From: Rhizaria sp. SCN 62-66
Lineage: Eukaryota
Length of the DNA stretch: 64,000 nt
Assembly: GCA_001724265.1 (NCBI GenBank)
Contig: MEDY01000010.1
Span: forward strand, 62,001-126,000
Direction: 5' to 3'
In this document: piece after piece, positions 33,401 through 44,926 of the stretch
Numbering within the stretch: the first letter of the stretch is position 1
Layout: the number at the start of each line of letters is the position of its first letter
Notes under the pieces: model-generated
Told to the model about the DNA's origin: nothing
The model's database searches: none
What the model saw: the letters and a program-made list of their open reading frames with translations, nothing else
Program-made: the position numbers and the translations under genes

Positions 33401-34867
33401 TTGTGACTCTTTGAGAGTTATATCCCTGACAAACACCCCAGTGAAGCTTCCCAGTTTATATGTTAAGTGGTTAAACATGTTATCGCTTAGCTGAAACCCA
33501 ATAAATTCATCCGTGCCAAACGATGATGCCACAGTGATATCACTTTGCATCACACCATTCACCCAAAGAGCACTTACGATGCTCCCGTCGTAAAGCGTCA
33601 TCTTTCCTGGCCCATGAGGTTTCCCGGCCTCGTTCAGTGGCGCAACAATCGACCCCTTTTGCGCAACTGCAAGTTTGAGGCACTTTGACAAGAGCCAATA
33701 GTCTGTAATCGGAGGACCATCATTCCTCACCAGCGTTCCCAGTTTCCAGCGTGCCTCCGCCCAGCTGCCCGTGAATGACGTGCCCACCGATGGATAAACT
33801 GCGCGGCCAGAAGCGATGTCGATGTCGTCCCACCCGTCGCCCCACAGCGTGGCGCCGCAGCGCGACTCGAACACGCCGCGGCCGCGCGGGTACAAGCCGG
33901 CGCGGTCGAGCTGCCCTGTGTACACAGTGCGCAGGAGCCGTTGGCGCAGACACTTTAGGTCAACGCAGGTGCAGACTTCTACCTCGGCAATGTTGGTGCA
34001 AGACCGTGATAGGCTCTCGCGCGTGTACTTGCGGCACACAAACTGCAGGAGCGTCTCAAGAAATGCCACCGTCATCAAACGTGGAAAAAAACGTTTCTTC
34101 GATTTCGAGCGTGCTCGCTGGTAAATAGTAGCAGCCGCTTCTTCCAAGATGCAAGGTAAGACCGCGTCAAGATCTAGTTGCAGCCGGACGCCTTGCATAA
34201 CCTCATTTGGGTCCATTGCCGTCGCTCGAGTTTGCACAAACCGGTCACCTTTGCGCGGCGCCTCTCCGCGTAGCGCAAACGCGTCCGGCATTGCCACAAG
34301 TCCGCACGTCATGACAGATGTAAACCACTGCGTTGTGTCCAGTCTGTTCTGTGTCCAGCTCCCGCGAGTCGCGCGCTGCGCAGTCGTGTGCAGGAAGTCG
34401 CCCTCGCCATGGCGCAGTCCTCGCAGCCACTGGCCCCGGTACACCGAGCCGTCGCGGTAATGTACCTCACCGCGGCCGCGCACGTTGGCTTGCAGGGCGG
34501 GGTTAAGCGACGACGTAAGCATGCCCACTAGCGGTTCACCCGAGTCTATTCCCCAGTCGCCGATGAAGACGGCGCCGCCGGAGGTGTGTAGCTCCCCGCG
34601 CGCTGAGGGCACGTCGTCCTCCCAGAGGCAACTAAACCAGCTGCCGTCGGAGAAATGCGTGCTTCCGCGGCCGTGACGCTTGTCGTTGCGCCAGAAGCCG
34701 TCGTACTGAATGTACCCGGTCATACGCCGCAGTACACCATGACCATGACGGTGTCCAGTAGTCTCTTCGACTTCACCGGTGTACTGTAGACCAACTCCGA
34801 ACACGCGCTCATTGATAGGGATGTCCGTCACTTTGATGACTTGAATTTTAGCTTGATCTGTTGACAT
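30413..34867 (-). CDS. MORN-repeat protein with three repeat clusters, intronless, 1484 aa
   Basis: Single 4.4 kb ORF; repeats such as YDGFWRNDKRHGRG, YRGQWLRGLRHGEG, YEGRWEHGVRCGHG, YIGLFMRGRRHCFGRMRYANGD; TAA stop. Confidence 0.88.
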   Translation of the reverse strand: MSTDQAKIQVIKVTDIPINERVFGVGLQYTGEVEETTGHRHGHGVLRRMTGYIQYDGFWRNDKRHGRGSTHFSDGSWFSCLWEDDVPSARGELHTSGGAVFIGDWGIDSGEPLVGMLTSSLNPALQANVRGRGEVHYRDGSVYRGQWLRGLRHGEGDFLHTTAQRATRGSWTQNRLDTTQWFTSVMTCGLVAMPDAFALRGEAPRKGDRFVQTRATAMDPNEVMQGVRLQLDLDAVLPCILEEAAATIYQRARSKSKKRFFPRLMTVAFLETLLQFVCRKYTRESLSRSCTNIAEVEVCTCVDLKCLRQRLLRTVYTGQLDRAGLYPRGRGVFESRCGATLWGDGWDDIDIASGRAVYPSVGTSFTGSWAEARWKLGTLVRNDGPPITDYWLLSKCLKLAVAQKGSIVAPLNEAGKPHGPGKMTLYDGSIVSALWVNGVMQSDITVASSFGTDEFIGFQLSDNMFNHLTYKLGSFTGVFVRDITLKESQVSSGTFGARVSAGTTTWSDYKDNFHVTSERKTHTLKLGIEGAGSGSDSGDSLAKMRLSQDVRSITLVQTIRKEFPSVTLGSSDITNDWQQQVEDMRAGSSSNQLMVKKAQYNDSTKCMVKNHLLYEKHPSKSSCLPSLLSRESETFKCNLVNSNVDANDKLNLEISIVDCYTVISKDTRPDQVLTTLMYNGNLIKGVFFDVASDQQLSFMPHPEQLRLHLAHGPVFVADLQAAPSGQNVFKRGTAPLIGVMTFPNGGSETRRLLCEVPDCTTIMPFNDTDVMTTHHGWRLTVKRELMYRSTSCRCTPAAHMKDYNACSLVDAVTPNGTTFRGSYRKAADWMWASPSELVGRFTLSNGVTMDYDSVHIDQKAPFEGVRCTVTVPGRSNPMLGCWRGDTFVSTDATGAELLSADDGQYVGERNEAGERHGHGKCVYVTGAVYEGRWEHGVRCGHGTYTNFTGDATFTGEFQADRVHGNVTLTRVNGTTLVGIWNTGEFVSGVYTDIMKNVNRVKPHPLAPSSLFGSDDATIVLVDEQLHASIYKGSMIDGVPNFQGKLTVFADVDAICKGARPLSSKKMAQAQSREIATYEGCFVRGQFTGIGSITHRQAQYRLLKKCIPLPIVSVKLSQERLYTGSANFTDFNHIEFTGEGRLEQQVRNGPVQHYELLCQGKWRSDKASDIWGHKKICNGILGVTVASTNVKSADIEIVGKLITANSKRTIAYMKDKVYEGFLLANEHPFGCGTQSTKDESMLLRRGTTCKGELMGLGEEQDELNGDHYIGLFMRGRRHCFGRMRYANGDVHSGWWVTGAPGGLGALATERGVLYIGYWSGPVPFGDGTVIDFANRTYSYGPQWKDAAQQALADRAHERRWGHRRGLAPGKATWVGARDKCNRPYGKGVMTRPDGVVCRGMNISGTWKGACSMIYPDGTTYVVNYGDSGVISAAVPTVGVAMTQEEDTAEHREALARVSGTLREVQFLTKDNDDETSSDAFYQPLF

Positions 34868-35719
34868 GATATCCGAGCCGTTAGAGTGGGTAATTTCAGA
34901 TGGAAAGGCACAACCGGATGCTTTTTTCGCCGCGTCAAGCTGCGACTTGTGTTTTGAGGTTCCTTAGCTGCTCTTGTGTGCTGGCTTTGTCGACGTCAAA
35001 ACTGCTTAAGGAAGCAAACCAATATACAAATATATTATTGAGCATACAACCAATCCGAGATGGAGTGAGCATTGCTGATGGGTGTCATGTACTTCTCATT
35101 TAGGAACACTCGTTTTGTGTTCGTGACCACTGACCTAAGCCATGACCAGTGATCTTGAGACATGCATGTACAATGAATTCATCAAAGAGTCAAATAGATA
35201 ATACATATTTGAGTGAAAGGCATCACCATACGTTTTGGCATCGCCCGACTAATACCAACAATGTGACGCATTTCCTGGCCACAAAGCAGCATCGTTTACT
35301 GGGTGCTGTGTGGAGAAGGATTTGGAGTCAAATTTCTGACAGTGACTTCGCTAAGAAGGTTAATAATACAAACACAATTGTACAAAAAAGAGAAGTCCAT
35401 TGTTACTTTGTTTGACGATCGGATTCTCACACAATAGCCCTCAGTCGAAATCGGCCCCAAGTGGAAGAGGACAAAAACTGCTTCAGATTGGATCGCTGTC
35501 GATTCACCAGTTCAAATATTGAACATCTGTCCTGCCTTGTCTTCAACGCTATTTCAAATGCAGTTGACATATATATGACATTTTTATTACGATTATTTGT
35601 ATGTTTTATGGGAGACAATTCAATGACTTCTTCATTGCGCCTAACATGTTTTCCTTTCATTCTTTTGAACACAACGGTTACCCTGTCCGTTCATTGCGTC
35701 TCTCCACTGACAGCGCCCG

Positions 35720-38700
35720 ATGGACCGGACTACTGCGCGTCCATCGACCGCGCACCCAGCCTTACGTCGGTCTGCGGCAGCTAACGCTGTTGCACGGCCC
35801 CAATCAGCGCTGCCTGCGCATGCATTCGACAACGTAGCCATCCCTCACGGACCCCCGCTCCCTTCCTCTTCTTCTGGCGCTCAGTCAACCCAGCCCCAGC
35901 CAACCACTTCCTCATCGTCGGCAACGTCGCCAGCTGGTTCTGGGGCTGCTAACGACTTGACCACCGCCGCGCGCCCCTCAACTGCGAACGCATACGTTCC
36001 GTTCCGCACCGCGGCGGCGCCGCTGCCGTTTGCCGTGCCAACATCGGCGGCTGCGCGCCCCGTCTCCGCTCGCCCACCCACGGCGTCGCCCGCGTTCTAC
36101 ACCCCGCCGTCCTCCATTGCGCTTGACAAGGGTTCGTCTTTTGCGCACCCTGTAACCACAAACCCCGGCGACGACTACACGCTGGCCCCACGCACCCGCC
36201 TCGCGCGCATCGCTAAGCTCCGCGCCGAGCAGGCGCACGCGTCGCGGCCCAGGGTCTGGGGCGCCGACGCCGCGCCGGGTGCGCAGCCGCCGTTTCCGGT
36301 TCCCAGCATTGCCGTCACTGCCGCGATGACCGGCGGTGGCGGTGTGCAGGCGCAGGGGACGGATCCCGTGGCGGCGGCTTGGTACGGCGTCGTCGAGGCC
36401 CGCAAACGGCGCGAGCGCGACGTGTTGACGCGCGGGAAAGACCTCACGTGGGCCGAGAGGGTTGCGCTGGAGAACGAACGCAGGCAGGCCGAGCAGGACA
36501 GACTGTTCCGAGAGCAGAACTTCGACTTCAGGATCGCTAAGGATGACGCGAAGCCGCAGGGCTCGCCGCGCCGCAACGCGAGAAGCAGCAACAATGCCGC
36601 TGATGACGTGAACATGAGCGCTACGACGGCGAGCAGCAACACTACCGTGGCGCCGCCCGCGACTGGCAGTGCCGCCGCCCTGTCCGCAGCGGCGTCGTCC
36701 GCGCTGAAGCTCGCCGCCTCAGGCCTGCCACTGGAGGCCGAGAGCCTGGCCGTCGACTCGATCCAGCGCGCCTTTTCGGACCCGGACGAGCTGCAGGACT
36801 TTCTGGAGAGGCGCAACGCCAACGAGGCCGCGTACAAGCGGCTGCTCGCGCAGAGGGGCGCTGCGGGCATGGGCGGCGTGTTCGCGCTGACTGGGAGCAA
36901 CAACACCAAGGAGGCATCAAGCGATGATGTACGTGACATCTGGCAGTTTGTCGCAGTGATGGAAGATGTCGATATGCATATATTCACATATTTATTTTGT
37001 TTTTCTTTTTGTATGGTTCATATCACACTCCTGAATTTCATGACTTTGCTTTGATTTGTTTTTTTTCTGCATCACTACTATAGCCGACGTCGCTGCAGGC
37101 GACAGTCGAGACTATTCAGGCACAGCTCACTGTGGTGCATCACGGCTTCGACCACGCTGTTGGCACCATGGATGCCCTGCTGGGCTCGCGCCACGCTTTG
37201 GTGGAGGAACTTGACACCCTAGCACAGCGCCGGGGTGTCGTTGACGGGTACGTTCGCATTGCAAGACACGTTCATTTCTTAATTGATGATAACTACATTT
37301 TTGTGCGTTGGATGCTCATTTCCTGCTGGTATGTGCTTATAGTCTTGTTATATCTCTTCTATGATGTTTTTATTCCTCCATGCCATACGCAGCGGATTCC
37401 TGGACGAAGAGGAGGAGCAGCGCCAGATGGAGGCCGCCCGCGCGCGCGGCGAGACCGTGGACCTTTCGGACGCGCTCGCGCTGGTCCAGCAGTGGTTGCT
37501 GCGCCGCATCCAGACCGGCCGCACCGGCTACGGCACCTCGAAGGGCGGCGATCCTTCCTCCGCAGAGCAGCAGCAGCAGCCTCAGTCTACGGGGGGCTTT
37601 GCGCCGGAGTCCGCGTTCGCAGCCATGGCGGCCGCAGACCGGCGCGGCAGCCTCACGCTGGGCAACAAAAGCAGCGCCGATGCCGCTGTCGTTGCGGCTG
37701 CTGCTGCTGCTGCTGCTGCAGCTGATATTAAGCCTTCCGCTGACGGCACCGATGACGACGCGTTCTTGACGACTCTGAGCTCTGCCGAGTGGGACGCTCT
37801 CTTCGAAGACGCGCCGCTGCCGCTGCACGTGCGCCAGCGGCTGCTCGCGCGCGCCGCCGCGCTGCACGCCGCTGGCGCCGAGCACAAGGCGGCCGAGATT
37901 GTGCGTCTCAAGTCACTGCTGCTGCAGCGCGAGCAGGATCTCCAGCAGGCGCTGCAGAGGCGGCTCGACCTGGTCAAGGACAAGGAGGGCCTGCTTAAGT
38001 CAATGCAGAAGCTCACCTCGCAGCTGCGTGAGGCCAAGAACGAGGTCAAGGCCGCCCAGCAATCCGCGGCCGACAAGCGGTCCGCGCTCGAGTCCACAGT
38101 CTCAGCGGTCTCGGCGACGCTTGTGTCCAAGGAGCAGGAGCTGGCCGCCGCCAAGCGCACCGCCGAGCGCGCGCGGCGCGAGCTGGCGATGCAGACGCGC
38201 GCGCTGGCCGAGTCGGACGAGGCGCTGCGGCGCGCTGTGGCGACTGTGCGCGCGCTCGAGGAGCAAGGCGCGCTTCTGGGTGAGGAGGACCAGCGTGCGC
38301 TCGAGGCCGCGCACGCGCAGGCGCAGCGCCACCAGGCCGGGGCGCGCGCGCGCGCCCATGGCGCCGGCCGCAGGGCGCGCGTCAAGGGCGCGGACGAGCT
38401 CTTCGACGACGGCGCGGTGCGCGCGGGCCGCCGCAGGCGCAGGCGTCGCGTCGGCGCCGGGTCCGGCTCTGACGACAGCGACGACGGCAGCGGCGACGAC
38501 AGCGGCGACTACACCGGCTCTGACGACGAGGGCGACGACGGCGACTACGCGGGCGGCGGCCGCCGCGCCCACCGCGCCGCCGCAGCGACTGCGACCGCGC
38601 TCTGGGCCGAGAAGGAGGCCAGCCGCTTCCTGCTGAACCAGGCCTCGACGCGCGCACAGCTGACCCGCCTTGCGGGCGCGTTTGCGGCGACGCTGGACCC

Positions 38701-41700
38701 GGCCCGCGAGAACTCGGTCTCCGCGTCGCGACTCACCGCCACGGTCGCCGCGGCACTGGGCCCGGGGGCAATCGCGGGCGACGACGCCGCAGCGGTGGCC
38801 ACCTACCTTCGCGCCTCGGCGCCGGCGCGCGCAGACGAGCTGGGCTGGGAGGCCGACAAGGTCGACAGCGAGTACCCGCGCCTGTCGTCAGAGGCGCACG
38901 CTGTGTTGACGCCTCTCGCGGTACCCCCGCCTGACAGCGTTGATGGCAATAATCACGACGCTGAAGAGGGACTGTGCTTCTCGTCTTTCGCGGCGTCAGC
39001 GCTTGTTATCGACGACAACGAGCGCGCCGAGGCCGAGGCGCGCGCGCTGCCTCTGCTCGGGGAGGCCTTCGCGGTCCTCACGGGCAGCAAGGCCACCGAC
39101 GTCGCATCACTTTCGCGCTCCACGGGTTCCAAGAACGGCGCCAACGCTGACTCGGCGGCTGCGGGCGACGACGACGACGCGTCGCCGTCACCGCGGTTCG
39201 CTTCGGCGGCCGGCCTCGGCCTGGGTGCCTCGGACGAGCGCGCCGCCGCGCGCAGGGGCGTCCTCTCGAAGACCGCGCTGGCACGGGCCTACGCGACTTT
39301 GTTCCCCGCGCTGCCGGCCCCCGTGCTGCGCGAGACGATCACGCGGCTGTGGCGCTCGCTGCATCTGTACGCGCACGACTTTGCAGCCAAATTGCAGCAG
39401 GCACCGCAGCAGTCTGGCTCTGCGATGGGGACTGCGGGGGCGCGGCTCGACTTTAACTTCTTCCGCTCTCTCTTCCCCACAAAGCTGCTGCTGCGTCTCG
39501 GCGACGAGGGCCTCGTCCATTTGCTGCGGCAGCACTGCGTGACCGCGACGGCGACGTCGGCTGCTGCCCCGGTCGCCATGTCGGCTGACCCCAGCGGCGC
39601 CGGCGCCATCCAGGCCTCCGCGCCGGTCACAGGCGCCGTGCGGCTACCGGCTGAGTGGCGCCGCTGTCTGGCCTCGCTGGCGGGCACGTGGTGCACCAAG
39701 GATGTCGCCACAGTGCTCTCGGCGGACGACGCCGCGCGCGCCGCCGCCGGGGAGGACGATGCGGCGCACTTGCCCCATAAGATGACTGTGAACGCTGTCG
39801 ATATCGATGGCGGTGAGAACGGGGCTGATGAAGCTGCCGCTGATGCTCCGGCGAGAGGCGACGACGAGGGCGAGAACAGCGGCAACGACACCGGGGTTCG
39901 CAAGACACTCAAGATCGACGAGTACGTCGGCGACGGCGGCAGCGGCCGTGGACTGGTGAACCCCCTCGCTCCCCCGACCCCGCACGGCAACAGAGGCAGC
40001 ACGTCCGGGGGCTTTCCCATCAATGCAGCTGTGTCCGCGTCCGCTGGCCCGCTGAAGGAAGCCGCCGCTGCCGCCGTTGCCGAGACTGCGCGCGCAGTCA
40101 GCGCCTCGCTGTCCCCCGGCAACGCCGCGCTGGCGCTCGCGTGCTCGGACCCCGCGTCGCTGACCGCGGCGCTCGCCTCCGCGATGCGCGCCACCGCGGC
40201 GTCGCCTGTCCAGGCCGCGTTGCGCAGCAGCAGCCGCAGCAACGGCGGCGGCGGCGGCGGCGCCGAGCAGCCGGCCGCCAGCGGCGGCAGAGGCGGGCTC
40301 GGCAGCGCGCTGATCGAGCTGCTGCAGTATCCCATCGGCATGAAGCAGGTGCTTATCCACTTGCTCTGGCTGCCCGTGCACCTCAACCTCGTGCGCGGCC
40401 TCACCTCGAGCAACCACGTTCGCAGCGCGCTCCTCGCCACGGCCGCCGATGTCGGTCTGCGCACACACCTCACCGTGCCCTCGGCCGACGGCGCCGCGCC
40501 CGCGCTCGTGTCAGACCTGCCGCTGACGGCGCTACCGCCCGCGCTTGCGCCCTCCGCGCTGCTCTCGGTCGCCGACGCGCCCGTCCTCGCCGGCCTGCCG
40601 CCGCAGGCGCGCGTCCAGTTCCTCACGGCGCGGCTGCGCGAGCGCGCGCTGGCCCCGCTGGCGGCGGCCGCGGTCGGCGCGATCAAGGCGCTCTCACTCG
40701 GCCTCAACGCCGTCGCCGCCCACAGCCACCACAGCACTGACTCGAGCGGGTCTGCTGTGCACGGCGCCCGCTGCCAGGCGGCCGGGCCCGCGATCGTGGT
40801 GCTCACCGTGCCTGACTCCGGCGCCGCGGCGGCCGCGGTGCCGTCCTACGCGGCGCCCCGCGACGCGGCCACCGCGGCCGGCACCGTCGTGCTGTCCGGA
40901 CGCTACCCGCACGTCCCTGGCGACAGCGCCCACCGCGGCCCCGCCGCCGTGAGCAGCCGGCTGTGGACGCCGTGGCTACGCCGCGTCGCCGCCGCCACGG
41001 GCTCGCTGTGCGCCAGCACGACGGCCCCGCCTTCGCTCACCACCGCCGCCGCCGCGGCCGCGCTGGGCGACCCCGCCGCCGCCGCCGCCGCCGCCGCCGG
41101 GGGCCGCAACGCGCGCGGCAGCGGCTGGGAGCAGCCCCGCGGTCGCCTCGCGCTGCTGCCCGGCGCTGGCACCGGCGCCATCGCCACCGCGGCCGACCGC
41201 GCACGCGCGGAGGCCACCGGCGGGCTGCCCGTCGGCGGCGACGGTGCGCTGCCCGACATGGGGGCCGCCCTCGCGCACCACGCTCACCACGGCCACGGGC
41301 ACGAGGCGGACGACACTGGCGCTGACGGCGGCGACGGCGGCTTCCTCGCACACCCAGCGGGCGCCGCGTACGCGGGCGCTGTGCCCGCGACTGCGCTGGG
41401 CGGTCGACTCGCCGTCACCGCGCCCACGACGCAGTACCTGGTCAAGGAGCTGGCGTACCGCGAAGCCGAGTCAGCGTCATGGCGCGACCTCTACGAGCAG
41501 GAGCGCCGCCGCGCCAGCGAGCTGCAGCAGCAGCTCGAGCTCGCGCGCTCGGCTTGGCGTGTTGGCGTCGCGCCCAGTCACGCCGCCGCGAACGCGCTGC
41601 CGTATGCGCACGCGCTGGCCCACGGGCAGCTGCGCACTGACCGCGGCGGCGGCGACCGCGGCGGCGACTACGGCCCCTCGCACTACGACGACGACGGCGA

Positions 41701-43051
41701 CGACGGGTCGGGGCAGCACATGGGCGGCGGCTGGCGGCCCGCGCTGCGACACGCGTCGCCGCCGCGGAGCGTTCTGGCGCCGCCCATCCCCCTGCCCGTC
41801 GCCTCAATGCCCTCCGCCGTCGCGGTCACTGCTGCCGGCGAGACCACCAACAGCAGTCAGCGTGCGGCCGCCGAGTCTGCGCGGCTGCGGTCGACGTCCG
41901 CGACGCTGCGCCCGCGCTCGCTGGCCGCCATGGCTGCGGCCGGCGACAACGGCAGTTACGCGCCACACCACCTCATGGCCTCGGCGCCGCCGCCGCAGAC
42001 CGTGGCCGCCGACGGGGACAGTCTCAGGACTGCGCAGGCCGTGGTCGCGGCGAAGCTCGCCGCGATGCGCCGCGCCAACGCCAGCGTGAGCGGCGGTGGT
42101 GTGCTGGCGCCTCCCGCCAGCGTTGTGCCCAAGAACGGCTACTCATTCGACATGACAGTAGGCAACAACTCCGGCGCCCCCCGCGTGCCCCACGCGTACC
42201 CCCCGGTGCCTGTAAGTACCCACTTAGACGGGTCCGCGCCGCCTGTGCCGAGCGCGATCCGCGACCTGTACTCACAGTCGCAACTTGGCACGGCGAGCAT
42301 CCGCCCGGGCCCCAGCAACACGTTCGGACTCAAGGTCACGGGCCGCGGCCGGCCAGCGACTGCGAACCCGGCGTCGAGCCGGTTCGGCAGCAATGCGAAC
42401 CGTGCGAGCGATAATGCAGGTTTCGACGACAAGGCTGACGCAGCTGACGGGGAGCCGGTGCAGCGCGCTGCTGGTGGCAGCGCACAGCAGAGGGACAGTG
42501 CTGCAGCCGGCGGGATGTCGCCGCGCGAGTATTACGACATCCAGCGCCAGCAGCAGCAGCAGCGGCCACGCACTGCCGCAGTCGCCGGCCAGCAGCAGCA
42601 GCAGCAGCAGCAGCATGCAGTCAGCTTGGAGCTCCAGGGCCAGGCCGGGGTCACCAAGTTCGTCCCCGCTGGCGCCGGCAGCCACGGGCGCAACGGCTCT
42701 GGCCCTTCAGCAGGCGCTGGGCACCAGCAGCCGAGCGGCGGCGCAGGCTCTGGTGGCGCCGGCTCTGGTGTCGGCACTGGAGTCAAGAGGCCCGTTACTG
42801 CCGGCGCCCGCCCTTCAGCCACTCAGCCCGTCCGCCTGCGTGCTGCGACGAGCGCCGGCGGTGCTGGCGGTGACTGCGACGGCGAGGACGACCAGGGCGG
42901 TGTGGGGCGCGTGGGCGCGGTGTACCGGGGGCCGGAGCCGGAGACGCTGTACGACTTCCTTGTCGTGAAGCCTAATGATGCTGAGAGTAGCGAGGAGGAA
43001 GATAAGGAGGATAAGCCTTCGGTTGACTCGAAGGACGAAGTATATGATTAA
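35720..43051 (+). CDS. Large coiled-coil / low-complexity hypothetical protein, 3 exons, 2343 aa
   Basis: Exons 35720-36928, 37084-37247, 37393-43051; both introns GTACGT..YAG and frame-preserving; heptad-like region about 37880-38330; repeated RPx[ST]A motifs; TAA stop. Confidence 0.85.
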
Positions 43052-43411
43052 AATAGCTTAGTGAACAGCTGTGATTTTGTTTAAATAGATTTAACGTACT
43101 TGTATTATCTATCTATGCTACCATATCTCATGTAAGTTGATTTTACCACAAACGACTTCTGACTCCTATTTGCAGCGCGGTTCTTTCCCGCCCGACGTGA
43201 CCATACGCGAATCTCTCTGATCTAGGCCAATACGATCGTCAAAGTCGTAGTTTGAATATAATCCAAATTCACTACTAAGTGGCGTACTGATATACAAATC
43301 TGTCTTGCTGATTTCGTCGATTTACATTCTGGAAAGTACTATGCTATTTTGCATCTCAGACCCCAGCATAATCCTGATCCATTTCTTTGCGCGCATATTT
43401 GTTCACAGCAG

Positions 43412-43643
43412 ATGAGTGACTCTGAGGAGGCCCGTTTGGCTCGTAAGGCCCGCATGCGCGCTCTTGCGTCTGGCAAGTCCGCCAAGTCTGACAAGTCGGA
43501 TAAGAAGGACAAGAAGTCCGCGAGCAAGTCCGACAAGAAGGACAAGAAGGACAAGAAGGAGAAGAAGGAGAAGAAGGACAAGAAGCCTGTCAAGCCCGCC
43601 AAGAAGGTTGTCACTGAGGAAAGCGACGACGACGACGAGGCCT

Positions 43644-43682
<39 letters not shown>

Positions 43683-43978
43683 ACAGCGGCAGCGGCAGCG
43701 ACAGCGGCAGCGAGAGCGACCGCCCCGTGGCCAAGAAGTCTCGTCCGGCCCCCGCGGCCGCCGCTAAGAAGGCCGCCGCGCCCGCGAAGAAGAAGTCTCG
43801 CAAGGGCTCCGACAGTGACGAGAGCGATTCGGGCTCGGGCTCCGGGTCGGACAGCGAGGCCGTGGACGACGGCATCGACCGCAGCAACATCGTCTCGGGC
43901 CGCCGCCAGCGCGCTGTCGTTAAGTACAACTACGACGAGAGCAGTGAGGATGACGACGACGACGAGGAGAGCGATTAA
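43412..43978 (+). CDS. Lys/Asp/Ser-rich small nuclear-type protein with C-terminal CHZ-like histone chaperone motif, 188 aa
   Basis: KKDKKD repeats, SGSDS tracts, and DGIDRSNIVSGRRQRAVVKY resembling the Chz1/HIRIP3 CHZ motif (ID.SNII.GRR.R), then an acidic tail; TAA stop. An upstream coding exon cannot be excluded. Confidence 0.6.
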
Positions 43979-44255
43979 GCGACTCGTTGTCTGTTAGCAC
44001 GACTCGGTGTTTGCTCAAAGCTGGGCTATATAAGGGACAGTGCTGTATTATACTTGCGCCGTGAGGCGTCTATGGGCACTGCCGGAGAGACTGTAAGTAA
44101 ACTGTAAACAAAACAAAATTATGTGAACGTAGTACACGAATGCGTACTCGATACAAAAATAACAAAACCTTAAATCAAAATCAATCAACTACGGACGCTG
44201 CTGCTAGGCTGCGATACCGAGTGCGCCGATCGCCGGAAATGCATGACTGCTTGCT

Positions 44256-44926
44256 TTACTTGCGCTCGGAGTAGCCCCAGAAGCGTGGGGGCTTGAACTT
44301 CTCGTAGCGCGGCGCGTTCTCGGCGACGTACTGCTCCGTGGGTGCGAAGGAGCCGCTGGAGTACTTGCCGTCGACGGCCTCGCCTCCAGCGGTGGTGGTG
44401 AAGTGACGGGAGGACGCCATGGCCTGTGATGGGGGGGAACACGTGAGCACAAAGCAATAGATATCAGTAGAAATACCGCGTGAGACAATGTTCGCCTCAA
44501 AAACACATATAAATCTAGGTAATGTAATTGACATGTAGTCCTCTCTGAATAGCTCGTTTTAGCACTCCTAGATGAGTGAAATGTGTCCTGTTGTCATATG
44601 TAACGGACCTCCTGAGTCATGGTGCGCGCGAACTCAGCGCGGCGAACGGGGTTCGTGTTGATGTGGTACTCGTCGGGGGCGGGAAACGAAGCCGAAGAGA
44701 AGTTCTTGGTGGTGACGTAGGGAGCGTCTGTAGATAACGTTGATAGAGTAAGCGAGAGAGGATGTGACAATGGGGGGTGAGACTGGGTGCAGGTTGTTGT
44801 CACTGGGGATTGTTGGGATAGCGCGCATCCATCAGTTTTATCACTTAACCGGAATTCTTATAACGTACCATTGTTGTCAGTGTCACCATACTTCTGCTGC
44901 CACCAGTACTCGCCTGCAGTCTGCAT
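44256..44926 (-). CDS. Small 3-exon hypothetical protein, 114 aa
   Basis: Exons 44926-44869, 44727-44609, 44423-44256; donors GTACGT and GTCCGT, CAG acceptors; total 345 nt in frame with coding-type codons; TAA stop. Confidence 0.78.

Noticed and set aside
34870-35700. Short AT-rich ORFs or a mobile element in the longest spacer
   Set aside because: No coding bias, terminal repeats, target-site duplication or transposase/RT motifs visible.
43480-43720. Short tandem repeats (GACAAGAAG, GGCTCC, GGCAGC) as CRISPR or satellite
   Set aside because: In-frame low-complexity coding repeats with no repeat-spacer structure.
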